From NCBI GenBank assembly GCA_032718475.1, contig JAUCBJ010001588.1:51981-115980 (forward strand): a stretch of DNA of 64,000 bases. The letters are read 5' to 3'. Positions 48,402 through 59,810 of this stretch are shown piece by piece. The notes under the pieces were generated by a model. That model was not told the origin of the DNA. It did no database searches and worked only from the letters and a program-made list of their open reading frames with translations. How positions within the stretch are numbered: position 1 is the first letter of the stretch; each line of letters opens with the position of its first letter. The DNA comes from Nemertoderma westbladi. Lineage: Eukaryota; Animalia; Xenacoelomorpha. Made by a program: the position numbers and the translations under genes.

Positions 48402-49572
48402 TGTTCGCGCTTTCAGACCTTTAGCAGTTTAACCTGCCAAATTAGGATGTCTTCTAGATAATAGATCGTCTTTAGCCTACGACAAATATTTGATACACTA
48501 CATTAGCCGAAACCAGTCTATGCGCGATCATTCACCCGCTGGATATACCCGGGAGACTGGATTCGGAAGCCTAACCGTATTGCGGGGTAGGCCTACTGTA
48601 TTATTCGACTGATCGTAATATATATAATCTCTGACAAATATTATTCACTTTCGGGAAATATTAACAGTTCCTTTAGGACGTGGCGCTCTAAATATGTAAA
48701 CAGAGTTATGACTTATACTAGACACAACAGGATGGCTATAGATTCACGTATATGGCGCATTCTTTAGGAGATGCTTCGTTATCAATCACGATCACACACA
48801 ACGCTGCACAATGCTGCACACCAATCTGCCGACCTTCACCAATTTTAGTCACATATAAAGAGAATAACAGACAATACATGTAGGGCCTATAAAATAGCAT
48901 TAGATTCACTTCAAACCACTGAATGTAAGTCGCAATCGTTATATGTAACCGGTCTCTCTAACCTTTAGTATATCAAGAAGATTGGGGTGTCTGATTATTG
49001 ATCAGTATTCCAAATATAATATTCCATCAACAAATATAATGAATAACCGACAGTAAATAGCAGTACAAAGTTTAAAGTGTGAATGGTTATGAGTGATGAC
49101 CGAATAAGTTGGTTTGTTAAGTAAGATAACGGATATACGTTCTATAATTAAGCCTACTAATGTTGATGCACGGAGAAACACGGAGGTTCCACGCCGGTGT
49201 TGTAGGCTGCGGACAAAATCACATACTGACTCAACTCCACGAGTTTCTATCTACCATCTCCAACACAGAGTCCAAAAAACGCTCTGATTGGTCGACCGAA
49301 CAAAGAGAGAACAAAGAACAAAGAGATGTTCTACTTGGCAATATCAGCTGTTAGCCGTCGTCATGGTAGCTACACTGTTTCAAGAGGATCCGGCGTATTG
49401 CGTCATAAAATTGCGGATTATGTCCGCTAAATTACACATACAGAAGAAATTACTTTTATGTCCTCTAAAACACCAGTACAGTAAGGACACGGCCTTTTTA
49501 TGCCTGGTAAACCAACTACAGAGTACTTTACGGGGAAAATAACCGGCTAATTACGCAAAAGCCTTTACTACA
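48402..49572 (-). repeat. 5' LTR of element A
   Basis: About 10 differences from the 3' LTR by eye. Confidence 0.95.
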
Positions 49573-50157
49573 GTAGGACCTCCACATGTTTGTAGGCACC
49601 TAATCGCCCTATCCTACCAGGCCATATCATCCAGTGATGGTTCATCTGTTACCAACCTTGCCAAGAACCGAAAGTTACACCCTTGGGAAAGTACTACAGT
49701 GACGTGTCTCCAAGTTTATAGTACAACCAATGGCGGTCGAGACCTTGGGCGGTCATGTACAAGCACCGTGGACTTTCTCCCCGAACTAGGCCAGCCTAGT
49801 CGAGAAAGTTAGTGGGAATAAGAGGACCATTAAGCATCTGCGCCAGTAGTGCATTGGGGGCGGGGTCTACGTTCAGGCAGACAATGCTGCATGTATTAAG
49901 GAATCCTTTGGCTCAGGAGATCTAACACTTTTATATTTTACACTTTAGGCACTTAAGTATACAGTACATTAGGCCCCCTAGACCCTACATATAAATTTAA
50001 GTGAACAAGTTGCCCGAACATCACAGAGACACAAGTACAGCCCGTAGCTAACTAAACCAAAAGGCGTAACCGAGATTTATAGTACAGTCGGCCCCTAATA
50101 CATACAGTATGCCACAGCTGTCTCGCTTCCATCATAATTCGTTACCATACATACTTA

Positions 50158-50375
50158 GGCCGTGAGGACCAGCCTGTGCACAATCATGTACTTTGGCGGT
50201 CTCATGGAGTTAATAAGCATGGTGGACACCCAATGACGTTCTTGAGACGCATCTTAAAGGACACTGGCCTAGAAGATGCGAAGCTCGCGAAAGTCATGGA
50301 AGATATTGTAGAGAGTTAGGGCGGCGCAATATTCGTATTTCAGCTGGCATAGGATTCTTAATGCACGCTGCATTG
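50158..50375 (+). mobile_element. diverged 3' fragment of RTE family B
   Basis: gccgtgaggaccagcc...gacactggcctagaagatgcg matches 30882-31003. Confidence 0.85.
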
Positions 50376-50757
50376 CGGCAAGTAATTGTAGGCGTACATA
50401 GATTGCGGAGGTGGCAAAATATTTTTGTTAAGCTGGCATAGCATCTTAATGGGCAACTTCAATGCATCAGGCCGATTATTGATACTGTATTTACAATAAA
50501 TCACCTGTTGTACATTGATATACAGTACTGTAGGCCTACAGTATGTTACGGTGGTGGTGACGGTGCAATCATTATCCTTTGAACCAGGCCACTAATTTGG
50601 TAGTGTTTATGATTGATTAACTTAAATACAATTGTGTGCAAAAGAACCTGATGACGTATGTCTTTAACTCCTATTGAGCATCTTTAAATGTACTGTACAC
50701 ATTGCACAGTTGGTCAGTTGCTGAGCTTATATACAGTAGGCTGTGTATCTGATTAAG

Positions 50758-51945
50758 TCATGGGCTGGGTCGGTAATCGGTTTCAGTTCGCCATGGGCTG
50801 GGTCAGTAATCGGTTTCAGTTCGCCATGGGCTGGGTCGGTAATTGGTTTCAGTTCGCCATTGGCTGGGTCCATAATTGGTTTCAGTTCGCCATGGGCTGG
50901 GTCAGTAATCGGTTTCAGTTCGCCATCCGCATGGGCTGGGTCCGTAATCGGTTTCAGTTCGCCATGGGCTGGGTCCGTAATTGGTTTCAGTTCGCCATGG
51001 GCTGGGTGAGTGTAATTGGTTTCAGTTCGGCTGGGTCAGTAATCGACTTCAGTTCGCCATGGGCTGGGTCAGTAATCGGTTTCAGTTCGCCATGGGCTGG
51101 GTGAGTGTAATTGGTTTCAGTTCGGCTGGGTCAGTAATCGACTTCAGTTCGCCATGGGCTGGGTCAGTAATCGGTTTCAGTTCGCCATGGGCTGGGTCCG
51201 TAATTGGTTTCAGTTCGCCATGGGCTGGGTGAGTGTAATTGGTTTCAGTTCGCCATGGGCTGGGTCCGTAATCGGTTTCAGTTCGCCATGGGCTGGGTCA
51301 GTAATCGGTTTCAGTTCGCCATGGGCTGGGTGAGTGTAATTGGTTTCAGTTCGGCTGGGTCAGTAATCGACTTCAGTTCGCCATGGGCTGGGTCAGTAAT
51401 CGGTTTCAGTTCGCCATGGGCTGGGTCCGTAATTGGTTTCAGTTCGCCATGGGCTGGGTGAGTGTAATTGGTTTCAGTTCGCCATGCGCTGGGTCCGTAA
51501 TCGGTTTCAGTTCGCCATGGGCTGGGTCAGTAATCGGTTTCAGTTCGCCATGGGCTGGGTGAGTGTAATTGGTTTCAGTTCGGCTGGGTCAGTAATCGAC
51601 TTCAGTTCGTCATGGGCTGGGTCAGTAATCGGTTTCAGTTCGCCATGGGCTGGGTCCGTAATTGGTTTCAGTTCGCCATGGGCTGGGTGAGTGTAATTGG
51701 TTTCAGTTCGCCATGGGCTGGGTCAGTAATCGGTTTCAGTTCGCCATGGGCTGGGTCCGTAATTGGTTTCAGTTCGCCATTGGCTGGGTCAGTAATCGGT
51801 TTCAGTTCGCCATGGGCTGGGTCCGTAATCGGTTTCAGTTCGCCATGGGCTGGGTCAGTAATTGGTTTCAGTTCGCCATGGGCTGGGTCAGTAATTGGTT
51901 TCAGTTCGCCAAGGGCTGGGTCCGTAATCGGTTTCAGTTCGCCAT
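50758..51945. repeat. 33-bp minisatellite (~36 units, CCATGGGCTGGGTCAGTAATCGGTTTCAGTTCG) with a 229-bp higher-order unit
   Basis: Identical variant blocks recur at 51204, 51433 and 51662. Confidence 0.98.
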
Positions 51946-52149
51946 GTTGATCTCGGCGCATCCCATTGCATCTGTTGGTAGCGGGTAAAGAGGCTGAGCC
52001 GCCCTGGAGCCAGACAATAATGGCCAGACAGAATATGTACTTATATTATTACAATTTCAGTATATTGCAATATTATGTATGTACTGTACAGTAGGAATAA
52101 TCCATCTAACTTTTATGTTTTTTTACTTATAGTAATTTCATGGTTTAAT

Positions 52150-52368
52150 TAAATTAAGCAAGCAAAGCAAACAATCTACCGAAGACGGAGGCTACCCGAG
52201 GGTAGGGATGGGCGCTACTCCTATCCCAAGATTTGCTCCCAGTAATTTAACTGGTACTCATTTTATCGACCCCATCGTGGATGAAAGGCTGAGTGGACCC
52301 TGACGGGGCTGAACCTACAACCACTAGATTGCTGGCCTGGCGCTCAACCAACTGGGCTGCCCTGTCTT
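52150..52368 (-). mobile_element. tRNA-derived MetaSINE-like element
   Basis: Minus strand: tRNA-like head GCCCAGTTGGTTGAGCG..GGTTCAGCCCC, then CAGCCTTTCATCC..GGGGTCGATAAAATGAGTACCAG; (TTGC)n-like tail. Confidence 0.8.
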
Positions 52369-52559
52369 TGATATTAAATTGAATTAAATGGATGTTATTT
52401 TAAAAGAATAATAAAATATCATCAATGTCATCATCAGTCGCGTTGTGAATTATGACCGATATATTTGTATTGAGACACAGTTTTCAAGACAGAACCGTTT
52501 AATGTATTGAATAATGGTAGTTTCAAATATTTTTTGACTGCAAACCATTTTATTACATA

Positions 52560-52700
52560 ATTTGTTATTTTCATTAATTTTGATATCCTTTCGATTCGAG
52601 TACATTTTATAAATTCTAATAAGTTTCTTCAGCCCATGAATTGAATTTGAGACCAACCTCAAGTCATCAGCATAAAAAATTATTTGCACGTTGGTCATTA
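52560..52700 (-). pseudogene. LINE RT fragment
   Basis: IIFYADDLRLVSNSIHGLKKLI...IKINENK. Confidence 0.6.
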
Positions 52701-52738
52701 ATAACACACAGCCTCAATACAACAACCAACACAGGCTT

Positions 52739-52915
52739 TAGGTTCCACCTTGGTGTCACGTTTAATTCACATATCTCGTAGGTCGTGGGTTCAATCCGCA
52801 CATGGGCATGGGGGCCGTTTTTGTTTCGGCACGAATGCTTTGAAGGGACTAGCCAGGGCGCATCTCATGCCTTTGCCTTGCATCCCTAAGTGGTAGTTAA
52901 ATGAGTACTGGAGAG
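52739..52915 (+). mobile_element. SINE family A copy
   Basis: Matches 20203-20375. Confidence 0.8.
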
Positions 52916-53904
52916 CTGGAGATAAATGAGTAATGAGTACAGACAGACCTGCTTAGTGCCAATCGTAACGATAAACCTCGTAGAGACCCCCCCCCCCTCA
53001 GCGCACCGATACGGTTTGGAACTGGAACTCCTGGAAGATTAACCAAAATCTATGAAAATTTATGTTAACCAGCTTATAAATTAGCTCATAATGGTTAAAC
53101 CAAATCAAATGCCTTGGAGGAATCAATAAACACAATAAAACAGTTCGCCAACTAGAATATCGGGGACAGGACTTATGACACTGGCAAGATTGTCTAAAAA
53201 ATTTAATTTACTTTCAATGCCATTTTGAAGCTAATAATTTTAATTATCTTTATTGCGGTAGAACCAACAACAAGCTGCTACAACCGCACTCTATAAATTA
53301 CAGCTCAGCTACTTAAACTAAAACGTTGTGTTGGTAAAAACTGGACGACTCATTTAAAAACTTCCGGTATCTATTTATTGAAGTCTAATATTATATAGCC
53401 ATATTATAACACACATTATATTATATTCACCCGATTTAAAAAATACTTTTTATTTAAATGTTTCTGTGAACACAACACACATGAAATAGCAAAATAAATG
53501 CCTCCTTATAGTTATGAAAATTGTTTAGATAGTGTAGGATACGGAACTGTTACAAAAAAAAATCTGACAGTGTAAGATAATAAGAGGGTAAGGGGGGGGG
53601 GGGGGGGGGGGGGGTCGACGGAATCAAAATTCATCCTTCTCGAGGGGAAAATCGACGCAAATATCAGCTGATAATTTCCAAAAATAAAACTGTAACCTGT
53701 TTTAATGACTTTAGTTTAATGTTTTGGTTAGAATAACATGCCAATGTAACCTGCTCCTTTTTCTAAATTTATAATTTAACATTGAAACGAGATTTACGGC
53801 CAGCCCTCCCCCCCCCCCCCCTTCTCTTATCTTTTTGAGGTTAATAATAATAACGTCAATAATAATGTTAACGTTAACAATTATATAATATAAGTTTAAT
53901 ATCA

Positions 53905-55242
53905 TCAATTCAATTGCCCAACATTATTTATATGTTTTTTCTCCATATGGGCGTTTAAGTAATACCTTTTGGTAAATAACTTATTGCAATGAACACAGAT
54001 GTATTTGATGCCCTGATGTACGAGTTCCCGATGTCTCTTGAGTCCCTGTCTGTCGGAGTAAACGCTGTCGCAGAGCGCGCACCCGTACTTTCGGCCTTTA
54101 TGGATGGCCTCGATGTGCAGCTTGAGACTCCAACTGGTCACGAAGGTTTTATCGCACTCGGTGCAACTGTGTTTCATATGATTATGAACGGCGTCGACGT
54201 GCCGCTTTAAACCCCGGATATCCGCGTACATTTTTTCGCAGGAATCGCAGCCATGTTTCGCTGACTTAGCGTGCGAGAACTTTAAATGTTTCTGAAGGCC
54301 GGAGGAATCGGTATAAACTTTATCGCATTCCGTGCAATTATACTTAATACCCCGGTGAATCGCTTCGATGTGTTTAGTTACACCCAAATTATCGGAATAG
54401 AGTTTATCGCAATAAAGACAACTGTACTTCTTCCCTAAATGAACGGATTCTCGATGCCTCCGCAGGTATCTTTTATCTTTAAATACTTTATCGCATTGGT
54501 GGCAGTTATAAGTAATACCTCGATGAACTGAGTCAATGTGTTTCTTTAGAATATCCCTTTTCGCGCACAACTTATTGCAGAGACTGCAGGTGTAATTAAT
54601 ACCTCTATGTATGAAATCAATATGGGTCTTTAGGTGACCTTTGGTTGCGTGTTGACTAGGGCAATGCGGACAATCATATTTAATTCCTTTATGGACGGAG
54701 TCGATATGTTTATCGAGGTTGTCTTTATTTGAACATTTTTTCTCGCAAAGGAAACACACATGTTTGTGACATTTGTGAGCGAATTCTATGTGTCTCTGCA
54801 ATCCGGTTTCCGATTCGTATTCTTTTCCGCACTCGAAACAAACGAACCCGAATTCCGATTTTACAGATTCTTCGAGATGTTCAGATTTTACTTCGGGAAC
54901 ATCAAAATTAAAACCGGAAGAAATGTCCCCGCAGTTTAAATTATCATATTGGAAGTGAGTAGGATCGTTATTATATTCTCCTTGTGTCTCATAAGGATGA
55001 AGTGGTTCATTTTGAGTTTCCATACCGGTACCCGTACCCGTACCAGTAGGTTCTCCATTATGTAGTACAATTACAAACTTATCTCCCGCCAGAATTTGAT
55101 TGTCGTCTGCGATACCATGCCGGTAATCGTTCTCAACCTTTACTTCTATATTTCTCACTGTTTTTTCTTTATCAGGGGAGATATTTATCGCAGCGTTGTC
55201 AGAGTGAGTCATTATACCGGTACCGGTATTGTTCGTCGACAT
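53905..55242 (-). CDS. C2H2 zinc-finger protein (11 HX4H-type fingers, H.GIKY linkers)
   Basis: Intact 445-aa ATG-initiated ORF with eleven CX2CX12HX4H units. Confidence 0.92.
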   Translation of the reverse strand: MSTNNTGTGIMTHSDNAAINISPDKEKTVRNIEVKVENDYRHGIADDNQILAGDKFVIVLHNGEPTGTGTGTGMETQNEPLHPYETQGEYNNDPTHFQYDNLNCGDISSGFNFDVPEVKSEHLEESVKSEFGFVCFECGKEYESETGLQRHIEFAHKCHKHVCFLCEKKCSNKDNLDKHIDSVHKGIKYDCPHCPSQHATKGHLKTHIDFIHRGINYTCSLCNKLCAKRDILKKHIDSVHRGITYNCHQCDKVFKDKRYLRRHRESVHLGKKYSCLYCDKLYSDNLGVTKHIEAIHRGIKYNCTECDKVYTDSSGLQKHLKFSHAKSAKHGCDSCEKMYADIRGLKRHVDAVHNHMKHSCTECDKTFVTSWSLKLHIEAIHKGRKYGCALCDSVYSDRQGLKRHRELVHQGIKYICVHCNKLFTKRYYLNAHMEKKHINNVGQLN

Positions 55243-56167
55243 ACTGACATATTATAGATAATTACAGAATTAGTTTAAGAAGTATTGACTAGTATGTAGT
55301 GAGTGAGTACTGCAGTATGTGTCAGATTCATTACCTTACTGCATTATATTTAATTTCTTACAGCCATGTTCTGTTAGTATGTGTTCTGATGTTGCTTCTA
55401 CCGTCTGACCTTAGTAATTGCAATGTTTTGCAATGTAATTCAGTAATTGCGACGTTTTAATCTATTTTACACAAAAAATTAAAATCAAATTTTGCTTTAA
55501 AATTAATATAGGCCAAGCACCTAGCCTACAGGCCTACAGTACAGCAGTACCCTACTCAGCTACTACTGACGCAATATGTTTAGAATATAATATTTTAGTT
55601 TTTATTACTTTTTCTTTGTACTTACAGATTTCTGGATTTATGTTGGTTTTACTCATTGCTCACCCTACAGTGTAGGCCTATACGTTACTATCGCCGTTCA
55701 GCCGTTTTTAATCTAGGCAGCTAGGTGTACTGTCTGACTGTACAGTGTACACATAAACATTTATATCCATTTTAGATTATAAATAATACTGTCAGACTGT
55801 AGCAATACTAGTTTTATTAAGCCTATATAAATTTTGTGAACGTGGTAAACATCTGAACAAATCGTTGTGAATCTATGTTCTGATGTTGGTTTTCATTATT
55901 TCGTACTATGACTGTATGACGACTTCATATAACTTGTATTTTGTTAGTGCAGTAGTGGGTGCCTTATACTGTTATACAAGACATTTATTTCTACACCCGT
56001 ACATTATTGATTTGCTTACCTTGATATCTGACTGTTGCATATTAAAACTGTATTATGGTTTTGAAGGCTACAGCCCTACAGCCTACGGTGCAACTGTGAA
56101 CTGGATGGTTATACATTACTCAGTTACTGCATTATACAACAATACCTACCGTACCGGTACTGCTGCA

Positions 56168-59100
56168 ATGCCACCAAAGAACAAGCAACCACAGACGCAA
56201 GCATGGCTGGGGCGGGGGCGGTACCTGAGGGACAACCACCTCAGCACCAAGACCTAGCCTCGGCGGCAAAATAGATATGTCGAAACTACACAACTGCGAT
56301 ATCTGCAGTGCTCTGTTCGCGAATAAGAGCGACTACGACCTCCACTCATCATCTTGCCACAACGACTCGGTAAATGTCAACTCCATGGACATTTGTCCAC
56401 ACTGTGACAAGAAAGTCGCAGGTAAGAACTGCCTTGGATGCGAAATCTGTGGACATTGGATCTATGGATCGTGCCTGAAACTATCGAATACTGAGGTATC
56501 CACCTTAGCCAAATGCGTAAACTGTAAAATCCTGTGCAATAAGTGTGAGGGAAGAGGTAGATTGGTAGTCCAGTCCTACGATTCCCCGGGAACCCGGCCA
56601 CATCGCTTTCTGACAAAATTGAAATGTTGAGTGACAGTTTAACGCTAAGGCTGTCTACTCTATCAACGGAAATTTTGGAACTCAGAACTGAGCTTGATGG
56701 GGACGAAGATGTACACGTATCCTCGCAATGGAATGTGCAACGCGGAAAAGGAAAGCCCAGGCATTCTTCCGATCCCAGTACACCAATTTCCAGAGCTGTG
56801 GATAAGTCCATAAAAGATGTTTTCCAAAAAGAACAGCTAAAGAAAGAGATCATTATTTCACGACTGAAGGAAGATAACGAGGTGTCTGTAAAGATTCGGT
56901 GCTTCAGCTCTGTGAGTTGGCCGGGGTTGACAAGTCTTCGGTGGTCGAAGTGTCCCGACTGGGACGTCTTGGGAACCATGACCGTCTCGTAAAAGTCTCG
57001 TTCAACAGCGAACAGGGGGGCCTGCGTAATAACAAGAAACAATAAAAGAACAGGGGACGGCTTTCATAAGAATGTGACTGCAAATGTATCATCATCAGAC
57101 TTATGTAAAAAGATCCGCGTTCGCCCGAGTCTATCAGCAGAACAGCGCTCGCGTATCAAAGATAGAAATAAAGAGGTTTATGACCTTAATAAAGCTGCAA
57201 AATCTGAAGATGATCATTCTGAAAGCTACAGCCTAAGGTCCGACGGTTCAGTGTGGAAATTCGTTAAACACTCTGATGGTAAATGGAAACGCGATAAAAC
57301 GTGGACCCATGTACCAGTCTCGGACCCTACCAACAATCCATCAGAGGCCTCACCGCCCTCGGAAAACCAATAGGGGGAGAGAATCGCAAAAAAACACCAA
57401 TCCTAAACTGCTGCTGCTTAAACGCCCGTTCGCTGAAAAATAAACTGTCAGATCTAGGAGTATTTCTCAAGGAGACTAGTTACGACATCATCGCGATTAC
57501 AGAAACATGGATGAACGAGACTATACCCGATGCAATGATCACATCTAGCACAAACTTTAATATGTTTCGCAATGACTGGAAAACTAGGGATGGTGGCGGA
57601 GTCATAATTTTAGTTCGCGATCAATTTCGTTGTGTACGGGTAAACCTACCCAACACCTATAATGATGCCGAACTGGTCGCCATCGATCTACTTGGAAAAG
57701 CGCCGTCCAGATTCGTGTGCGCCTACCGACCCCCATCGCGTTTACTGATTCCAGATAACAGCAGCTTACTATGCGATGCACTGTCTTTACTATCGGATGT
57801 TAACTACCCGTGCGTTATCACTGGCGATTTCAATCTTCCTTTGTTCAACTGGAAGGAAAGTATCTACCCAAATACCGAACTTTATGAACGCGTCGCAGCA
57901 CTGCTGTTAGAATCAAGTTTAACCCAGTTACAACATGAGCCTACCCGTGGCTCGAGTAATCTAGATTTGGTTTTCACTAGCGATGAACTATTTGTCGCAA
58001 ACATGCGCACATTCGAACCGTTTTCCATCAGTGACCACGCTGGAGTTTCGTTCAACATTCTGGCCCCAGCCCACAATCAGAGTCATGACAAACCGGTTGG
58101 CTACTTCGACTTCAATAAGGGTGAAGCCGCCTCTAAAGCGGCCTACCGGGCAACCTGCGAGAAAGAAACCAAAATATTGAATTCTGGTGACAGAAATCAC
58201 ATATTTAAGTACCTAAACTCGAAATGCAAAAATAAATCCGGTGTTGTTCCGTTGAATTACAAGGGCGACACGATTGTAGACGATAAAATTAAAGCCAAAA
58301 TTCTAAGTGAAGTTCTCTCCGAAAACTTCACTGAAGATAATAACTCGGTTCCAATATTTACACGTAAAGTTGGTAACAATGTTAATTTGTCTAGTGTTGG
58401 TTTCAGCCCAGTTAATGTGTTAGTTATGCTAAATAAGCTCGCGTCTAAAAAGAGTAGGACCCCTGATGGATTGCCAGCAATTTTATTTGTTAAACTAGCG
58501 TGTTGTATAGCAGCCCCATTATCAGCAATCTTTCGAGTATCATTCGAAACGCACGCATTACCATCTGTCTGGCTGACGGCCAACATAATACCAACGTTCA
58601 AAAAAGGCGATCCCCGTCAGATCCTTATAACTATCGGCCTATATCCCTTATCTGTATTGCTTGTAAACTCATGGAAATGCGCATTAAAACAGGTTTTAAT
58701 AGATTATTTATTTTCTCATAAATTAATAAGTAGGGCACAACACGGTTTTTTACATCGTAAATCCACCTGTACTCAAATGCTAGAATGTGTTACTGATTGG
58801 TTCAATTTAATTGATAAACGAAAGAACCTGGACATTATATATATAGACTTTGCAAAAGCCTTTGATTCGGTAGTTCACTCTAAATTACTATCAAAGCTCA
58901 CTAGCTACGGTGTATGCGGAGATCTGTTTCTATGGATACGTGCATTTCTATGTAATAGAACCCAAAATGTACTTGTAGGTACCGAATCATCGGACTACTG
59001 TGTAGTTACATCGGGAACTATTCAAGGCAGTGTCTTGGGGCCAGTATTGTTTCTTTTATTTATTAATGATTTACCTGATGCATTGTTACCTGTATGTAAT

Positions 59101-59320
59101 AAACTATTTGCTGATGACCTTAAGCTTTATGCACCGGAGGAAGATTGTGATTCTCTAGCCTCAGCCCTTCAAAACTTGGAAGACTGGACTAGAAAATGGC
59201 AACTAACAGTAGCGGCGCACAAATGCTCGGTTGTTTACGTAGGTGGAAATAATAATAAATTTGTTTATAATTTAAATGGTGCAGTGCTTAAATCAGATAC
59301 ATACTGTAAGGATCTAGGTT
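56168..59320 (+). mobile_element. CR1-clade LINE, decayed: ORF1 (C2H2-like + PHD finger + coiled coil) and ORF2 (APE + RT), 3'-truncated
   Basis: PHD CPHC..CEICGHWIYGSC..C..C; LNARSL, ITETW, YRPP, GDFN, LDLV, SDH; QHGF, IDFAKAFDSV, QGSVLGPVLF, FADD, KDLG; frameshifts and an internal deletion at ~58120. Confidence 0.92.
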
Positions 59321-59469
59321 TAAAACCCTTTCCGGTCTGGGGACTAGATCTAGTCCATGTAGTAGTGAGCGGCAATAAAAGTTATAAAATAAACATCATT
59401 TTCAGAGTATATTTTCGACACTCAGTGTGTCCTATTTACTTTTTGAGCATCCGAAATAGACTCTGATCA

Positions 59470-59810
59470 TCTAAAATTCTACTTTGAGAGTCGGAGATTC
59501 TACTCTGAGTGTCCGAGATTCTACTTCTGAATGTCCGAAATTCTACTTTTGAGTGTCCGAAATTCTACTTCTGCATGTCCGAAATTTTACTTTGAGTGTC
59601 CGAGATTCTACTTTGAGTGTCCGAGATTCTACTTTGAACGTCCGAAATTCTACTTTTGAGTATCCGAAATTCTACTTCTGCATGTCCGAAATTTTACTTT
59701 GAGTGTCCGAGATTCTACTTTGAGTGTCCGAGATTCTACTTTGAATGTCCGAAATTCTACTTTGAGTGTCGGAGATTCTACTTTTGAGTGTCTGAGTTTC
59801 TACTTCACAG
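59470..59810. repeat. 20-21 bp minisatellite (TTCTACTTTGAGTGTCCGAGA)n, ~16 units
   Basis: Direct inspection. Confidence 0.92.

Larger units (their letters stand above)
35822..49572 (-). mobile_element. BEL/Pao-type LTR retrotransposon, non-autonomous, with accessory ORF region (element A)
   Basis: Two ~1171-bp near-identical LTRs with TG..CA ends, TSD GTAGG (35817-35821, 49573-49577), PPT, BEL-type gag and protease. Confidence 0.95.

Noticed and set aside
35812-49577. 10-bp TSD CTACAGTAGG around element A
   Set aside because: A 5-bp GTAGG TSD gives canonical TG..CA ends and fits BEL/Pao; the extra match is explained by a 3-bp expansion at the LTR end and the local abundance of TACAGTA
50743-51988. 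Repetitive ORFs or a CRISPR-like array
   Set aside because: Head-to-tail monomers with no unique spacers, no cas genes, and eukaryotic context; the same applies to the other arrays
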